Counted from the first letter of the whole stretch, positions 1 to 12,765 are shown. The stretch: DNA of 61,704 nt, filler included, from Choristocarpus tenellus KU-1152 (GCA_964200185.2; 14 parts of 14 records of this genome joined end to end with filler, not necessarily neighbours in it); one strand, 5' to 3'. Numbers and translations are program-made. Notes: a model not told the origin generated them from the sequence alone.

Positions 1-234
1 ATATGGCATACGAGCAATACGGTATAATAACAAACAAACATGCTTTCCACACTGGGTAGGGTATATAAATAGTTGTTACGCTGGGCTATTAATTACCTTT
101 AGTCTGGGGACAATAGTTCTCCTACCCATGGCCAGAGAGAGGCGCATTATTCATTCATCATACACACATATTTATACACACTGCAGTAATATATAGTACT
201 ACCCGTTTTAACTTCGAAGTAAACTGATAATGCT

Positions 235-277
235 GCCACTACTACTACTACTACTACTACCACTACTACTACTACTA
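235..277. repeat. (CTA)n/(ACT)n microsatellite
   Basis: Direct reading; explains the poly-V/poly-S/poly-L ORFs here. Confidence 0.9.
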
Positions 278-552
278 CACAATATGGTATCATCATTGGC
301 ACATAAACACGTACACAAACATGTAACAACACCAAACAAACACACAAAACGTAGTGGACTGAATAATTCCTTAGAACATAACACACACTTGCACTTCATA
401 AAAACACCGTTTAATAAATACCGTTTCAGTGATGTGTGGTGTCGTTCACATGTTCAAGTATATCAAATTTCTCATGGGGAATCTTTGTTGAAGGAGTCAT
501 GGAGCCAGCTTTGTTTGTTTTGATGCCACCCACGATTGTTCTCGGTGCACAG

Positions 553-1627
553 ACAAAACGTCTCCAGTTGTCCAAGCACACTTGTGTCTCAGTATGCTTC
601 GAGCTGGATATCTACAATCCTCGTCACCCAGTATGGATACCCGCCTTTGCAATCACGAACGGTGCATCCATCCAGCCACTCACGGGGATGACACTAGGGG
701 CTTCCCAACAAAGTGTGGAGTTCACCGAGAGCCAGGCATGTTAAACATTGTTTTCGCGACTACCACGGCAGTGGACGATATCAAGATGAGATTTGGTTCC
801 AAGAGGGCCTTTTCACTGGGGCATAAGCGCATAAACTCACTGTCAAGCTTGAATGAGGAGGGAGGAAACGACGAAGACCTCACCTCGGCAGAGAGTCGCA
901 CTCCACCGCGGTGCTCAAAGGCTTTCTCCTTATCTGCTGTGGATCGAAGCTCCACGTATGGTTTGACGGAGAAGGTTAGTATGCCCTCTTCTTCGGTTAT
1001 GTCAGCACTCGGATAGTGATACATAGGCCCTGGAATTGCTGTGGATGAATTTCGCGATAGAAGTCTACCCCTCTCCAGCTCCACATCCTTTTTCGTCGTT
1101 AAAATTCACACAGGGGAGTCATGGGTTTAACGAGATTAACAATGGTCGCTGCCGTAAGGGAGGTTGCCGTGCAAGTGCTGCGTTTGGATTTGAAGGTCAT
1201 GAACCGTGTTTCTGCCGAGAACATAGGGTAAGCAAGAGCAGCACTCGCTCAATTTCTTTCTGCTTGCTGTGCCTGAAGGGTGAGACAGGTTGCCTCTATG
1301 ATTCGTCTTCCACTATGTATATGATGCTCACAATGATGTACTGTGACAAAGAGGCCCTATTTTTTTGTTACAAGAAGTGCATGGACGAGTGGACCTCATC
1401 AGTTATGAGTTTGCATCTATCATTCAACTTCATCTTCAACCATTGTAGTACACAAAATGACTTGTCCTCTGGAGTCTCCCGCTTACGGCAAGAATGCGTA
1501 GCAACTTTTGTTTCACTACCGCCGTACTCTTTCCACGCGTCAGGCTGAAGGAATGGACAACATATTGAGTAGGCGCTGTCAGGCGAAGGGGTGCACCAGA
1601 GCTCCGACTTACGGCTACCCCGGCCAA
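553..1627 (+). CDS. EsV-1-7 cysteine-rich repeat protein, partial; exons 553-974, 1114-1227, 1544-1627
   Basis: Three EsV-1-7-like motifs: CNHERCIHPATHGDDTRGFPTKCGVHREPGMLNIV, CRKGGCRASAAFGFEGHEPCFCREHR and AEGMDNILSRRCQAKGCTRAPTYGYPGQ. Canonical CAG acceptors and GTTAGT/GTAAGC/GTGAGT donors join all exons in frame (phase 0). Confidence 0.85.
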
Positions 1628-4157
1628 GTGAGTATCACGCTGTGAGTCACATTGTTCCCATCAGATTGTATGATATGCGCGCCACGCAGTGTCAAAACGA
1701 CTACTTACGTTTACTGGTGCGTGCATTTTGATATCGCTTATACCCTGCGAAAGAATAGTATTGTTTGTAATGTTCAGAATTTAAAGTGAAGTCTTCAACT
1801 ATGTGTAACAATCAGAGGGGATTTATTGGACCATCTTACAAGCAATATTACATATAGAACAGTATAGGTATTGTATCACATATCGTAGCAAGGAGACGTT
1901 GTAGACCGCGTTAGCTACAGCTAACTCTAACCCTAAATCGGTCAAGTTGAAGCAATGTGCTAACCGCGTCAACTATTGACAGTAATAATCTCTTGCTTTC
2001 GGAACGAATGGGGATAAATCACCTGTCCTATTGATCTGCGCACCCACTGCACCTCCCAAGATTGTGACGAATGTTTTTTTTTTATCGTTAGTCAATTCTT
2101 CAAGATACACGTAATGTTACACCTACTTGCACTCATAAAATGTTACGCTGGTATTGTTTGAACAAATGATGTTTTCTTCTGGGGAATCACTTGAATTAAC
2201 TCTTCCATACATTATGACCTGTACTTCAGTACTACTTGAGAAAAGACGTACTTATCTGTGCCAACAAAACAATTTACTCTACTGCTGTTACTATATGGTG
2301 TACCAAAGGCTGTGCGTTTTGTTTTGTGTGTTGACACTATTCTAACTTCAATAAGTGCAAATTCAAGGGAGAAACATTTGAACTTCTCTTTCGAGAGAAA
2401 TGCTGTTCTCCAGTAGTATGTGGAGGATATTACTGTATACTATGTTATGGGTATCTACCTGTTACCACCATTACTTTGGAGTCAACCATGTATTTGCTAA
2501 TGTTATTTTTCGCTGATACACGTATATATCATATATTATACAAACAAGGGTGCAAACTGCTGCTTCACCCACCAGGAGGAGGGACATGTGCACCAACTGG
2601 GAGAGGATCGACACAGCACAAATGTTTGTGCAAATTAGGTGCTGAGAATCACTGCAGGTCGAATAGATATCCACATGAAAAAAAGTGTGGTATGTGAGTA
2701 ATGTTGTCAAGTGGGAGCATGGAGAGCTCCATCCAACATTCACCCTTCACTGAATAGATCCATTCCACATAGTACATTACAAATAATATCTAGTACAATA
2801 TACAGATGTACACATTGCTCTATTAGTAGGAGGAAAATGTTCGTAGAGAAGGCTTTCATGGATCATGCCAGGTGCATTCAGTAGTGTAGCTGGAACTGGG
2901 CACTAAGGAGAAAAAAGACAAGCAATTAACTAGTGGTTGGAAGTAACAAGAATCACACCGGATAGTGTTCATTTCTTTGCTGTGGAGTGTAAGCAGAAGG
3001 GCAGGTCAGATAAATTGTAACTTATTATTTTTGAATTTACCTCTATGCTAGCTTCCCCAGAGTGTATTGGCTGTACACTCAATGTTGAGGGATATTTGTT
3101 CATTGTGTTTTTATTGTGACAAGGGGTACTCTGTATGAGAGCGCTCAAAATATGTCCCTGCTTATCTCATTGCACAATCTGTGAGTGGGCATGGAGACCC
3201 TCGTTTAATGTTACATAAGACGTACTTTCTCCATGTTATGCCCATTATTATATGGAAAGGTTGAGGGGACTAAAATTGCAACAAACTCTAGCCGCTTTCC
3301 TTGCCCTTTAGTGGAGTAGCCAGGGGTAAGATCCAAGTGTCATCAACATTGTAAGATTTCCAGCCTTGAACGCATTGTCTCGATTGTTGGTTAAGGAGGA
3401 GCTCTTGTAACCCACAATTGTTGATTGTCTACCCAAAAGCAGTTTGTTAGAGTTGTTACCTGCTCCTGTCTATGTCTTGATGATAGGGCAACATAGGAGG
3501 CAGGGCTACATGCACCTAAAGAAAGAAAGAAGCAGTGCTTCAAGAAGAGTATTGTGTATCCATGTGAACTATGGCCCAACTCCCTAGAGAAAACGTCGAG
3601 TTATTTTCACGTGCAAAGGAAAAATCTACCAAATGCTGGTGGATATTAACGCTTGCTGTGTGTTGCGATGTGTTTATGGTGGTGCTTGCAAAGGGTGTGC
3701 CTTCATGAACAAAGCAACTAAACACGCAGACCCAGAAAAAGCACCCAATTCACCATCATAACTATTTCTTGCCCTAGCAAACCGATACATAACTCAGTGT
3801 GGGTGTGTAGTGCGTAGTTTGTATTTAGAGCCAAAAAGAACGGGAGATGTAGGCAAGGTTGCATATTGAGATCCTGAGAAACAGCATAAAGACGCTATGT
3901 ACAATTAATTGCAGAAAGATCCTTTGCAAAATGCGATATCGCTTTATGTGTAGAAAGGGGGAATATTGATTCTGCATACATTATTGTGCATATATCGCAA
4001 TATGATGTATCGTCGCCTCTCAAGACAGTGGTAAGAATTTATCATAATTTATTTGAAGATTTATTAAAACCTCTTAAATACAATTTTTATACCCTGAAGT
4101 CTAGGAAACTATTTCGGAAAGATGTCTATTCACTCTAATAGCAGTNNNNNNNNNNAG

Positions 4158-4235
4158 AAGCTGACAAGGAGACAGAAGCTATACAATCATCTGATTTCTA
4201 AAAAACGCATTGTAGTAGAAAATATTATATTATAA
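4158..4235 (+). pseudogene. PIF/Harbinger-like (DDE_Tnp_4-type) transposase fragment
   Basis: KLTRRQKLYNHLISKKRIVVENII resembles the conserved C-terminal LTxxQxxYNxxxSxxRIxVE motif. Short and next to an N gap; possibly related degenerate sequence at ~3590-3710. Confidence 0.45.
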
Positions 4236-6931
4236 ACTCCTGTGGCAAAGGTATGTGCTTACTCAGGAGTACATGGATGATATGAGGTGAGACTTGTAGT
4301 GGTACACTACCGCCCCTTGTCGAGCGGTTATATTGGGTATCGTTTAAAAAGATAACCAAAAATACGAAACTAAGGTGAAGGGAACTGTGGCAGTAGTTTC
4401 CTCTGCCTTTTCACAAGAGTGTGCAATCCTTTAATGAGGAGACCAAGTCTATAACCCCATTGACACCCAGTCTTGACGCACCTATATCTCTCTCCCACCT
4501 GCATTGCTCAGTAGTAGTCTGCCTGCTGCTTCTTCTGTCCAAAGGACTCAGGGTTCAAACGGGGTTTTGAATCAAATTACGGAAAATTGAATTTTGATTC
4601 ATCTTGTGGCGTTCAAAACGGAATGGTATATCTGTACCCTTGTCTCTTGCTAAACCCAAAAAACGAAACCTGAATCGTAGTTACAAGGCCTTACTATTCC
4701 AGCCAGGCCAGTAATACTGCACAAAGATTGGAGGGAGGAGTTGCACTGATGAACAGTGGGATGACGTCTGAACCCAACAAAGGACAAAAAACTCAAAATA
4801 CACACAGGGACAGTGAAATTATCTATAGTGTAACAGTTAGGTAATAGTTACATATGAGAAATTGACGAGTTTGTGGTGCTTCTGACCACGGGTTGGGCCT
4901 ATTTTCGAGTTACGTCCCTACTACATTATTTTTGTCTCAACATCATCAAAACAATGCACACTACACCCTTGTCATTTTTTCACAATTCTTAAACTCCATT
5001 TTGTGCGTTATTTTCAGCCCCCCCGAAAAAACACATCTTTCGCAACAACACCAAACTGTTCTACCGCTGCTAAGGTTGGTTCATCACAAGATTTTTTTTT
5101 ATTACGACAAACCTATTTTTTTCATGATGCGTAATATTATGTGGAGGTTCTATACTGTGCTGACTCCTTCAGACTTGTTTTCTGAGATATTATCCCACAT
5201 AATAGTGACTACATTGAAAAGCAAAAAAACCCAATTGAGCTCAGATAATGAAGTGAGGAGTGCTCCACTGTCGAGAGCATCATATCAGAGAGACAAACAA
5301 CCTAAAGATAAATGACAGAAGCAGCTTGTACACGTAAACATACATTATTGTGCATATAGTTAGCGCAGGGGCAAGTGAAACTTCTTTACCCACCATGAAA
5401 AACATAAAAGTATTACCTACAAATGTATTACAGCATTCAGGGCCTTTCTTGCCAATATACAACCATAGTTCACTCTGTTACCCAACTCGACAAACCAAGC
5501 AATGAAGTCAGTCATCTACAACCAGGCAAGGTGATTGTTGGCATTGTGGTAAGACCGCACTCCTGTTTGATTTTGAGCATCACACTCCACCCACTCAGGC
5601 AACCAGCATATGAATCACCAACACCGCAAACATTACATTACCCCTCACCCATCACAAATAATCACCAGAAGTAATTGCCCACAACTGAACACCCGTTTGA
5701 GTTACACATTCACCACAGACACAGGCAGCGAAGTCAAGGGTACTTTTGGGAAATACCCTCGTGGCGCTTACCACAGCCCAACATAAAACACAAGACTCCA
5801 GCACAAACTACTTTGCCGCTCAACCACTATTAACTCTATAGTGCTCTGCCAAACCCCACGGCTGCACCTTGGCAAATTCATCTGCAGATTGCTCCCTCCA
5901 CCCCCTCATCTAACCGGGTCTCTCCCCTCCTGATCTCAGGAGTGCTACTCATCTGCCAAGCGCATGCAATTGCCTCCAAGTGCACTCTTGGCACTATCCC
6001 CGAGGACGGCAAACATGCAGTTGCACAATAGTAGGCAGCGAAGTCAAATTAAGAAAACCAAATTTCCATACCCACCCAACAAACATGTCGCAGAGTAACA
6101 GCCACTAGTGTCATTACTCCGAAAAATGATAATGCCTTCAATTGCGATTTGTGCACAACTATTCGGTGCAGACATGAAAAAAAAACAAACACATCAGATC
6201 ATACCAAAAGAGAACCAAATTTACAATATCACCCACACATCACAGGGCATCCATTCCCCAGGAAGACTCAACAAGAGGACACAACAACCTATTTCCAAAA
6301 TCAAGAGATTTCCTCTTCGTGTCCCACGTCTCCACCTCCCACTTACTTTTGACCCTGTAATGCCGTGCTCACTCCACCTGTATCTCTATCCCTCAATTAA
6401 TAAAATGAATTCCATCCTTGCAGGACTGGTTGACTATCTCAGTTTTAACAGTATGGGTCACAGAGGCTACAGCAATAAGCTCAAGGCTCCAGCCAATCCC
6501 AGGCAACCCTCTACCCCCCCCCCCTCACACCCGAGGGGGCAGGAGTATGCAGTTACAGCCAACTTGCACAAAATAAGAGATTGAAAACGATAATAATAGA
6601 ATGCAAGAAAATAATAAAAATATGAGTAATATACACGAAACGATAAAACAGGATCGGGGCAGGCCGGCGGCTGCTTGCTTTCTCCAGCATATTTACAGTT
6701 GGCACACTCCCACTACCCATCTACCCATCTACCATTTCCACGCAGTATAGCCCTCTGCCACCCATGGCACAAACAAACTCACAGGTGGTTCCCACGGTAC
6801 ATGTTACTGGTGCCACAAAAGAAACAAACCAAAGGGCACAGATTGTCCATCACTCCTACTGCAGGCCGCCATAGGGCCCATGTTGCCTTTGGGCTACCAA
6901 CAGAAACTTGACATATGCAGATGCACCCAGT

Positions 6932-6982
6932 CAGGCATCCAGGCAGGCATCCAGGCAGGCATCCAGGCAGGCATCCAGGCAG
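6932..6982. repeat. 12-bp tandem repeat (CAGGCAGGCATC), ~4 copies
   Basis: Direct reading. Confidence 0.85.
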
Positions 6983-7055
6983 CCCCCCTCGTCTGTTAAT
7001 CTGTCCACCAAGTGCGATATCTGAATAGCCACTTTAGATTGATAACGGACAGTGG

Positions 7056-7238
7056 ACAGTACCTTGCTGTTCAGACGCTCACAGTACCTTGCTGTTCAGA
7101 AGCTCACAGTACCTTGCTGTTCAGAAGCTCACAGTACCTTGCTGTTCAGAAGCTCACAGCACCTTGCTGTTCAGAAGCTCACAGTACCTTGCTGTTCAGA
7201 AGCTCACAGTACCTTGCTGTTCAGAAGCTCACAGCACC
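7056..7238. repeat. 25-bp minisatellite ACAGTACCTTGCTGTTCAGAAGCTC, 7.3 copies
   Basis: Head-to-tail units with only isolated substitutions and no spacers. Confidence 0.95.
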
Positions 7239-7423
7239 ATACATGCTGTCATGGTCAAGGGAGTCTAGGAAGTTGGTCTCATCCACACCCAACCACTGGT
7301 TCATCAGAGCAGAAACATTGCCATAGCTGCTTGAGTTGGTTAGCTCCTCGTGGTCATTCAGGAAAGCCTGTGGGGTAGATGGAACATGTAAGTGGATGGG
7401 CGTACACAAAGGCAAACACTTCC

Positions 7424-7622
7424 AGTTGTTAGAACTCGATGTTGTTAGAACATAGTGTTGTTAGGACTTAATGTTGTTAGGACTCCATGTTATTAGGATT
7501 TAATGTTGGTAAAACATAATGTTGTGGCTTCATGTTGGTAGAATTCAATGTTGTTATGACTTAATGTTGTTAGAACCCAATGGTGTTAGGATCTAATCTT
7601 GTTAGGACCTAATCTTGTTACA
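7424..7622. repeat. Degenerate ~16-17-bp tandem repeat (TGTTGTTAGGACTTAA-like)
   Basis: About a dozen diverged ATGTTGTTAG... units. Confidence 0.8.
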
Positions 7623-7818
7623 GCAGTGATCACACCTCAGCTACTGTCTGTAAAACTGCCAGGGTTCAGATGAGGGATTCTATACTTGAGCACTTTCATG
7701 GACCAGTAACAGCTGAAGACATTGTAATACAAAAAATATTCAGGAGTACTCCCACAAAACATTCTGTCACTCTATCACTAATACACACTTTTGCTAAATA
7801 AATAACGGAAAATCTCAC

Positions 7819-8529
7819 CTGCACACTCATCATTCGGGCAAATGAAGGCTTCCGGGATGTGTCCTTGAGAGATTCTTCAACCTTGGTGAGCTGTTCCTCC
7901 CAATTTATCTGCCCATGGGTGTCCATCTCCCTTTCCAAGACCTGTTCATCCCCCATCCTTGGGTGACCATCTTCTCCAATACCATCATTCCCACACTGCT
8001 CCTCCTCTTCTTCATCACCATCCTCTTCCTCAAGTCCAGCATATGGAATGCTCGGAAACAGAGCTCTCTCATTCAGCTTATCCTCAACACCCATTTCAGA
8101 ATTACATACTATAACACTCCCTTCAATGCCCTTTGCCTCAGGCCTCTGATTCCCCAACCTGCCAGCCTTGACAGCTACCATCTATTCATAAAACATTTCC
8201 ATGTCAATGAAAAGATCCCAGGGAGGAAGGGGGGTGAGAGGATTGCCTCTATTATTACAATATCAAAAATAACAACCCAACAAACAAACAAACACACACA
8301 CACACACACACACGCAGCCTCATGACCAGATTTCAATTTCAAAAAGGAGCGCATATGTATGTATCTGTTCAACACATCTTGGCAGGATTTTCAATAGGGC
8401 GGTCCTCACAATAAATGTAACAGGACCTAGTTGCAACTGTTTTGAATATTCTCTTTGTCTCACCTGGCGCAAAAAGAAACCTGGGGTGACATGCCCAAGG
8501 TTGTTTCCTGCCTCATCTAAGCCGATCAC
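7819..8529 (-). CDS. Internal exons of an unidentified host protein with an acidic region; exons 8529-8464 and 8181-7819
   Basis: Both exons are AG/GTGAG-bounded and phase 0: VIGLDEAGNNLGHVTPGFFLRQ + MVAVKAGRLGNQRP...EEEDGDEEEEEQ...ARMMSVQ. No domain recognised. Confidence 0.5.
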
Positions 8530-9379
8530 CTGCTCATGGCCAGCAGGACCCTTGGCTCTTACCTGGCGAGATATTGATGGGAAGATGCACAGTCAAAATT
8601 ACACAAAAGTCGAGCTTGCTGTCAGAGTAGTTTCCCTAAAGGTGAAAGCATATCGTTGCATGGAGTTTTGCTTGCAAAATGATAGATGGTACTCAGTCCA
8701 CGCTGTAGTAGGAGTGATAAGCCACAAATCAATTTTTCAATTCAAACTCTCTTGCTTACCTTCAGAGTCAAGACTCACATTCCAAAATCAAAACCCGAGC
8801 AATGAGAAGCAGAAAAAGCAACATGACAGTCAAGGTTTCCTTTTCTGAGTGCATGTGGAGGTACAACAAATACTACAGTACATACACTTTTTTTAAAACA
8901 GAAAAATACACATACGATGCATGTACGTTTGTATGTACACATATAGAGGGGGNNNNNNNNNNNNNNNNNNNNNNNNNNNNNNNNNNNNNNNNNNNNTTAA
9001 TTAATTAANNNNNNNNNNNNNNNNNNNNNNNNNNNNNNNNNNNNNNNNNNNNCAATACCTCAATTACCATCGCGCAAAGTACCGGGGGGGGGGGGCTACA
9101 TCAGGGTGTCCATTCAGACCCTGACCAAGAAAAGCGCACTTACATTATCCATCTGATGCATGCAAAATCACACAAAAATCGCGACATGGAAAAATGGACT
9201 CCGAATGGACAGCCACCACCACTCTCCAGATACTTTAAGCCTATGTTGTTTGTTGAAGAAGGTCAAGATGGTTGAGTCCGTCTGCAGAGTAGCTTTGACC
9301 TCATTGGAAGGTAGTTACTTCCATGCAATGCAACTACAGTACAAAGAAATCGGTACTTGAGCCTTACCCTAACCCTTAC

Positions 9380-9635
9380 GACCCGAGTATTTGAGAGGGT
9401 AGGAGTTTTGGCCTGTTTCTTTGTTCAGGGCTTGGCTTCCCACGGATTGTTTACACCCTTTTTCGGTTTCCTGTGTAAAAACAGTTACATAAAATGTATA
9501 CGACTATGAAATTTGTGTCCGGAGCAAGGATATGACACATTCTAACAAACATGATAGCCAAAATTACTCAAAATTGCAACATTAGATTAATGAGCCCAAA
9601 CGGACAAGGCCCTACCCTCTTAAATGCATTGGTTC
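9380..9635 (+). mobile_element. MITE family A (~260 bp, PIF/Harbinger Tourist-like), diverged copy in a CCCTAA tract
   Basis: Aligns along its length with copies at 11579, 17613, 47512 and 57641. Confidence 0.8.
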
Positions 9636-9798
9636 AACCCTAACCCTAACTCTAATCCCAAAGAGTTATTTTTTTTAATCCCAGCATTGACTACCAGGGG
9701 TTGACTGACACCTTCATTCTATCCATCCAACCACCCAACCAAACTATACCATGTCCCCCGGTATGAAGTACAGGACGTATAGTTCCCACTAAACTCAC

Positions 9799-10978
9799 CT
9801 GCATCAATAGGTTGTCTCAGCAATAGAGGTGCCGAAAAGGGTCGGGTAGTTAGACCTGATTCTTGATTGACGGGCCGCCCTCTTCCCCGGGCAGCCCCGC
9901 TTGAGAAAGGGGGGATTTCAATTTTCCGTGGAATGAAGCCACTGGATGTCGCAAGGGGCGATGATCTTGGTCCCAACAAAGCCTTGATTGCACAATTTGG
10001 GTTCATGTGGCAGCACAAGAATCATTTGAAGGACCAAGCCAAGCAGATATATATATATATATATATCATCATCATGAACTGGCAATTCCCAATGACAATC
10101 GATCCGTTTAATGCGCTATTTTAGTGTTTACCGCTACTGTACATATTAATGGTACCGTTTGCTACTATAGGCGACCCTTAACCTGCACCTCCTGAGAATA
10201 TGAAGATGAAAAAAAGGGTGATTGTCCTATCTGACTGCACCCTTGCTTACTACTATTAATTGTACTTCATTCAAAAAACTAAGCGATCAAGGCCCTGAGA
10301 ACAACTCAGGGTTAGGGTCAGAAGAACCAATGTTGCGTGCTTTTTACTATCTACCCCCAAAAAACCCACACCAAACCGCGTCTCTTCAATGAAGCCCCCT
10401 CCCCCACGCAACAAGAAGTCATCACGAAAGACCAGTCTCGTCTCGAATCTAAATCAGGAAGAAGAAAATATTAAAAAAAGACCCATACGTACACACTGCC
10501 CGAAAAAAAAAAAAAAAACGAGAGCATATATTATTAGGGTTTTGGAGCCGAGGATTGCAGTGAAAAAAAAAGAAGATATCTGTGTAAGGTGCGCTGTTTG
10601 CCCCAGCACACAGGGTTAGGGTTAGGGTTTGTTTCTGCCGTGAATCTCCAAGGGTTAGGGTGACGGTGTAGGGGAAAGTGTCTGCAGTAGCGTTAGAGCC
10701 ACATTATTCCGTTCAGTTGTAGAGATTGCTTAGGGTTAGGGTTACATACTGGCACAAGTCCTCCATGGTGTCGATTGCTTGCCACTACCCTACTGTAGTG
10801 ACCGTATGGCCAATGCGCTCTGTTGGTACAGTTGTACGCTCACTGCTCTCCCAAGACAAATCCAACCACTCGCAGTACAGAGACCATACAAGCTACCGTT
10901 TACATGACTCTCAAGTATATTCTTACAGGCTATGTAATGGCAGCCAACAGCATCAAAAATAACAGTAACAATTCAGAA

Positions 10979-11009
<31 letters not shown>

Positions 11010-11517
11010 AAAATTCAAAATAATAATAGTGATAGGAGTGATACCAATAGTAGCAGTAATGACAATGATAATAATAACAACAGCAACCGCAACTAACAAC
11101 TATAATTTTTTCTACATTTGTTGCTGGAAGAGGCCAGGAAAAAACGCGCACACTAAAGGTGGATAAGGATATTTTGAGCTGATGTGTTGTGTCAAACAAG
11201 GGTACCCGGGGACGTGCTACTAATTTCATCAGACTTCTCACACTTGGGCCATCGTAATGTCACCTTGTGGGTATAATCTTCAACTAAACATGCATGGCAG
11301 CACAATTCATCCACTGAGCAATACTTCAGCAAGACATCTGGCTGCGCCAAACACACACAAAAGTTAAATACACTTCAGGGTATATTTACGTTTAAAAACA
11401 TCATGATTCGTTTGTACCAACATTTCAAGAGTTAACAGTACGTACCATCGATGCATTGTTGCTGGACATTGACAACTGGTGTGTGATACTTGCTGCGGAT
11501 TCATTTGTGGAGGAGCT
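9799..11517 (-). CDS. Probable exons of an unidentified host gene (11517-11446, a candidate from ~11341, 10819-10750, 9982-9799); possibly more at ~12860-12995 and 13744-13843
   Basis: Open, AG/GT-bounded segments with compatible phases (SSSTNESAASITHQLSMSSNNASM; AHWPYGHYSRVVASNRHHGGLVP; ALLGPRSSPLATSSGFIPRK...). No recognisable domain. Confidence 0.35.
10978..11100. repeat. (AAG)n microsatellite followed by degenerate AAT/AGT trinucleotide tract
   Basis: Direct reading. Confidence 0.85.
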
Positions 11518-11578
11518 CTACACTCTTGTTAAGGTGCAATAGAAATCTAGTTTGATCCTTACCTCACCAAGAGACAAA

Positions 11579-12525
11579 GAGTCAAAGCATGTAAAGAGGG
11601 TAGGAGTTTTGACCAATTTGTCCATTCAGGGCTTTTGACTTCCCGCCGGCTTTTTATGCACTTTTTTTCGGTTTTCTGCGTGAGCACAGTTACCTAAAAT
11701 GTGTATGACTGAAAGGTGTTCCAGAGTAAGGATATTGACACTTGCTAACAAACACAACAACCAAATTCGTCATAATCACAACATTGGATATATAATCCCG
11801 AATGGACGCGACCCTACCCTCTTAAATGCTTTGGATCAAAGTGAAATTATCGTAGAGGGTACAAGTTTTGCCCTGTTTGTCCGTTTGGGGCTTGGCTTCT
11901 GATTCAAAGAGTCTTAGAGGGTAGAGCCACGTCCGTTTGGGGGCCGAAACCCAATATCCAACGATCAGAGTGAAATCTTTGTAGAGGGTACGATTTTTGC
12001 CCTGTTTGTCCGTTTGGGGCTTGGCTTCTGAGTCAAAGAGTCTTAGAGGGTAGAGCCACGTCCGTTTGGGGGCCAAAATCCAATGTTGCGAATTTGATGT
12101 ATTTTTGGTATCATGTTTGTGAGGAAGTGTCAATATCCTTGTTCCGGACACAACTTTTCATAACGTATACATTTTTCCTACCCCAAAACATTTTGGAGTA
12201 GGTAAAATGTCACAAAAAACCCCATGGGAGGTCAAGCCAACTCTAAGGTACTTTCACTCTTCCCACGGCTTTTTTATAACATTTTCCCACTCCAAAATGT
12301 ATTGGGGTAGGAAAAATGTATATGTTATGAAAATGTGTGTCTGGAACAAGGATATTGACAATTCCTAACAAACACGATTGCTAAAATTACATCAAAATCG
12401 TAACATTGGATTTTGGCCCCCAAACGGACGCGGCTCTACCCTCCCACATACTTTACATCAAAATCATAACATTGGGTTTTGGCCCCCAAACGGACGCGAC
12501 TCTACCCTCCAACATACTTTGACTC
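11579..12525. mobile_element. Cluster of MITE family A: copy 11579-11837 (+), partial duplication 11838-11966, outer copy 11968-12525 (+) with nested inverted copy 12030-12259 (-)
   Basis: Repeated termini GAGTCAAAG.../GAGTGAAA...TAGAGGGTA; the outer copy resumes at TCCCAC after the inner copy. Confidence 0.85.
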
Positions 12526-12765
12526 TCAAACCAATTGAAGGGTGGACAGGTGTGTATCCATTTGCATTTTGAGTCATATTTCTTACCCTATGCAATACAC
12601 TCTATATCACATATGTGCAATATTCTATATTCCTCGCTTTAAATACACAAAAGTGAGTAACCACAATTCAGCGAAGGCTTTTTCTGGCATTGTACAAAAC
12701 GCCATAATTTTTCCCCTTCTCGGGATCCTTGAAATGCAACCCTGCCTATCTCTCAGTTTGACTCT
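12526..12765 (+). mobile_element. MITE family D (related copies at ~15542-15811 reverse and ~20539-20770)
   Basis: Shared internal text (CAATTGARRGGG...CTTACCCT...CAATACACT) and TTGACTC-type termini. Confidence 0.6.

Noticed and set aside
147-523. Poly-V/S/L ORFs, and similar low-complexity ORFs at 10930, 31088 and 54330
   Set aside because: Translations of microsatellites or homopolymers.
722-1084. 120-aa minus-strand ORF
   Set aside because: Antisense shadow of the EsV-1-7 exon.
2576-2638. Terminal exon of the EsV-1-7 gene
   Set aside because: In phase, but it lacks the C-x2-H needed to complete the third repeat.
7056-7238. CRISPR-like array
   Set aside because: Units are head-to-tail with no unique spacers; a plain minisatellite.
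8953-9052. TTAATTAATTAA as a recurring biological motif, and ORFs ending in X...LIN
   Set aside because: Artificial linker between N runs.
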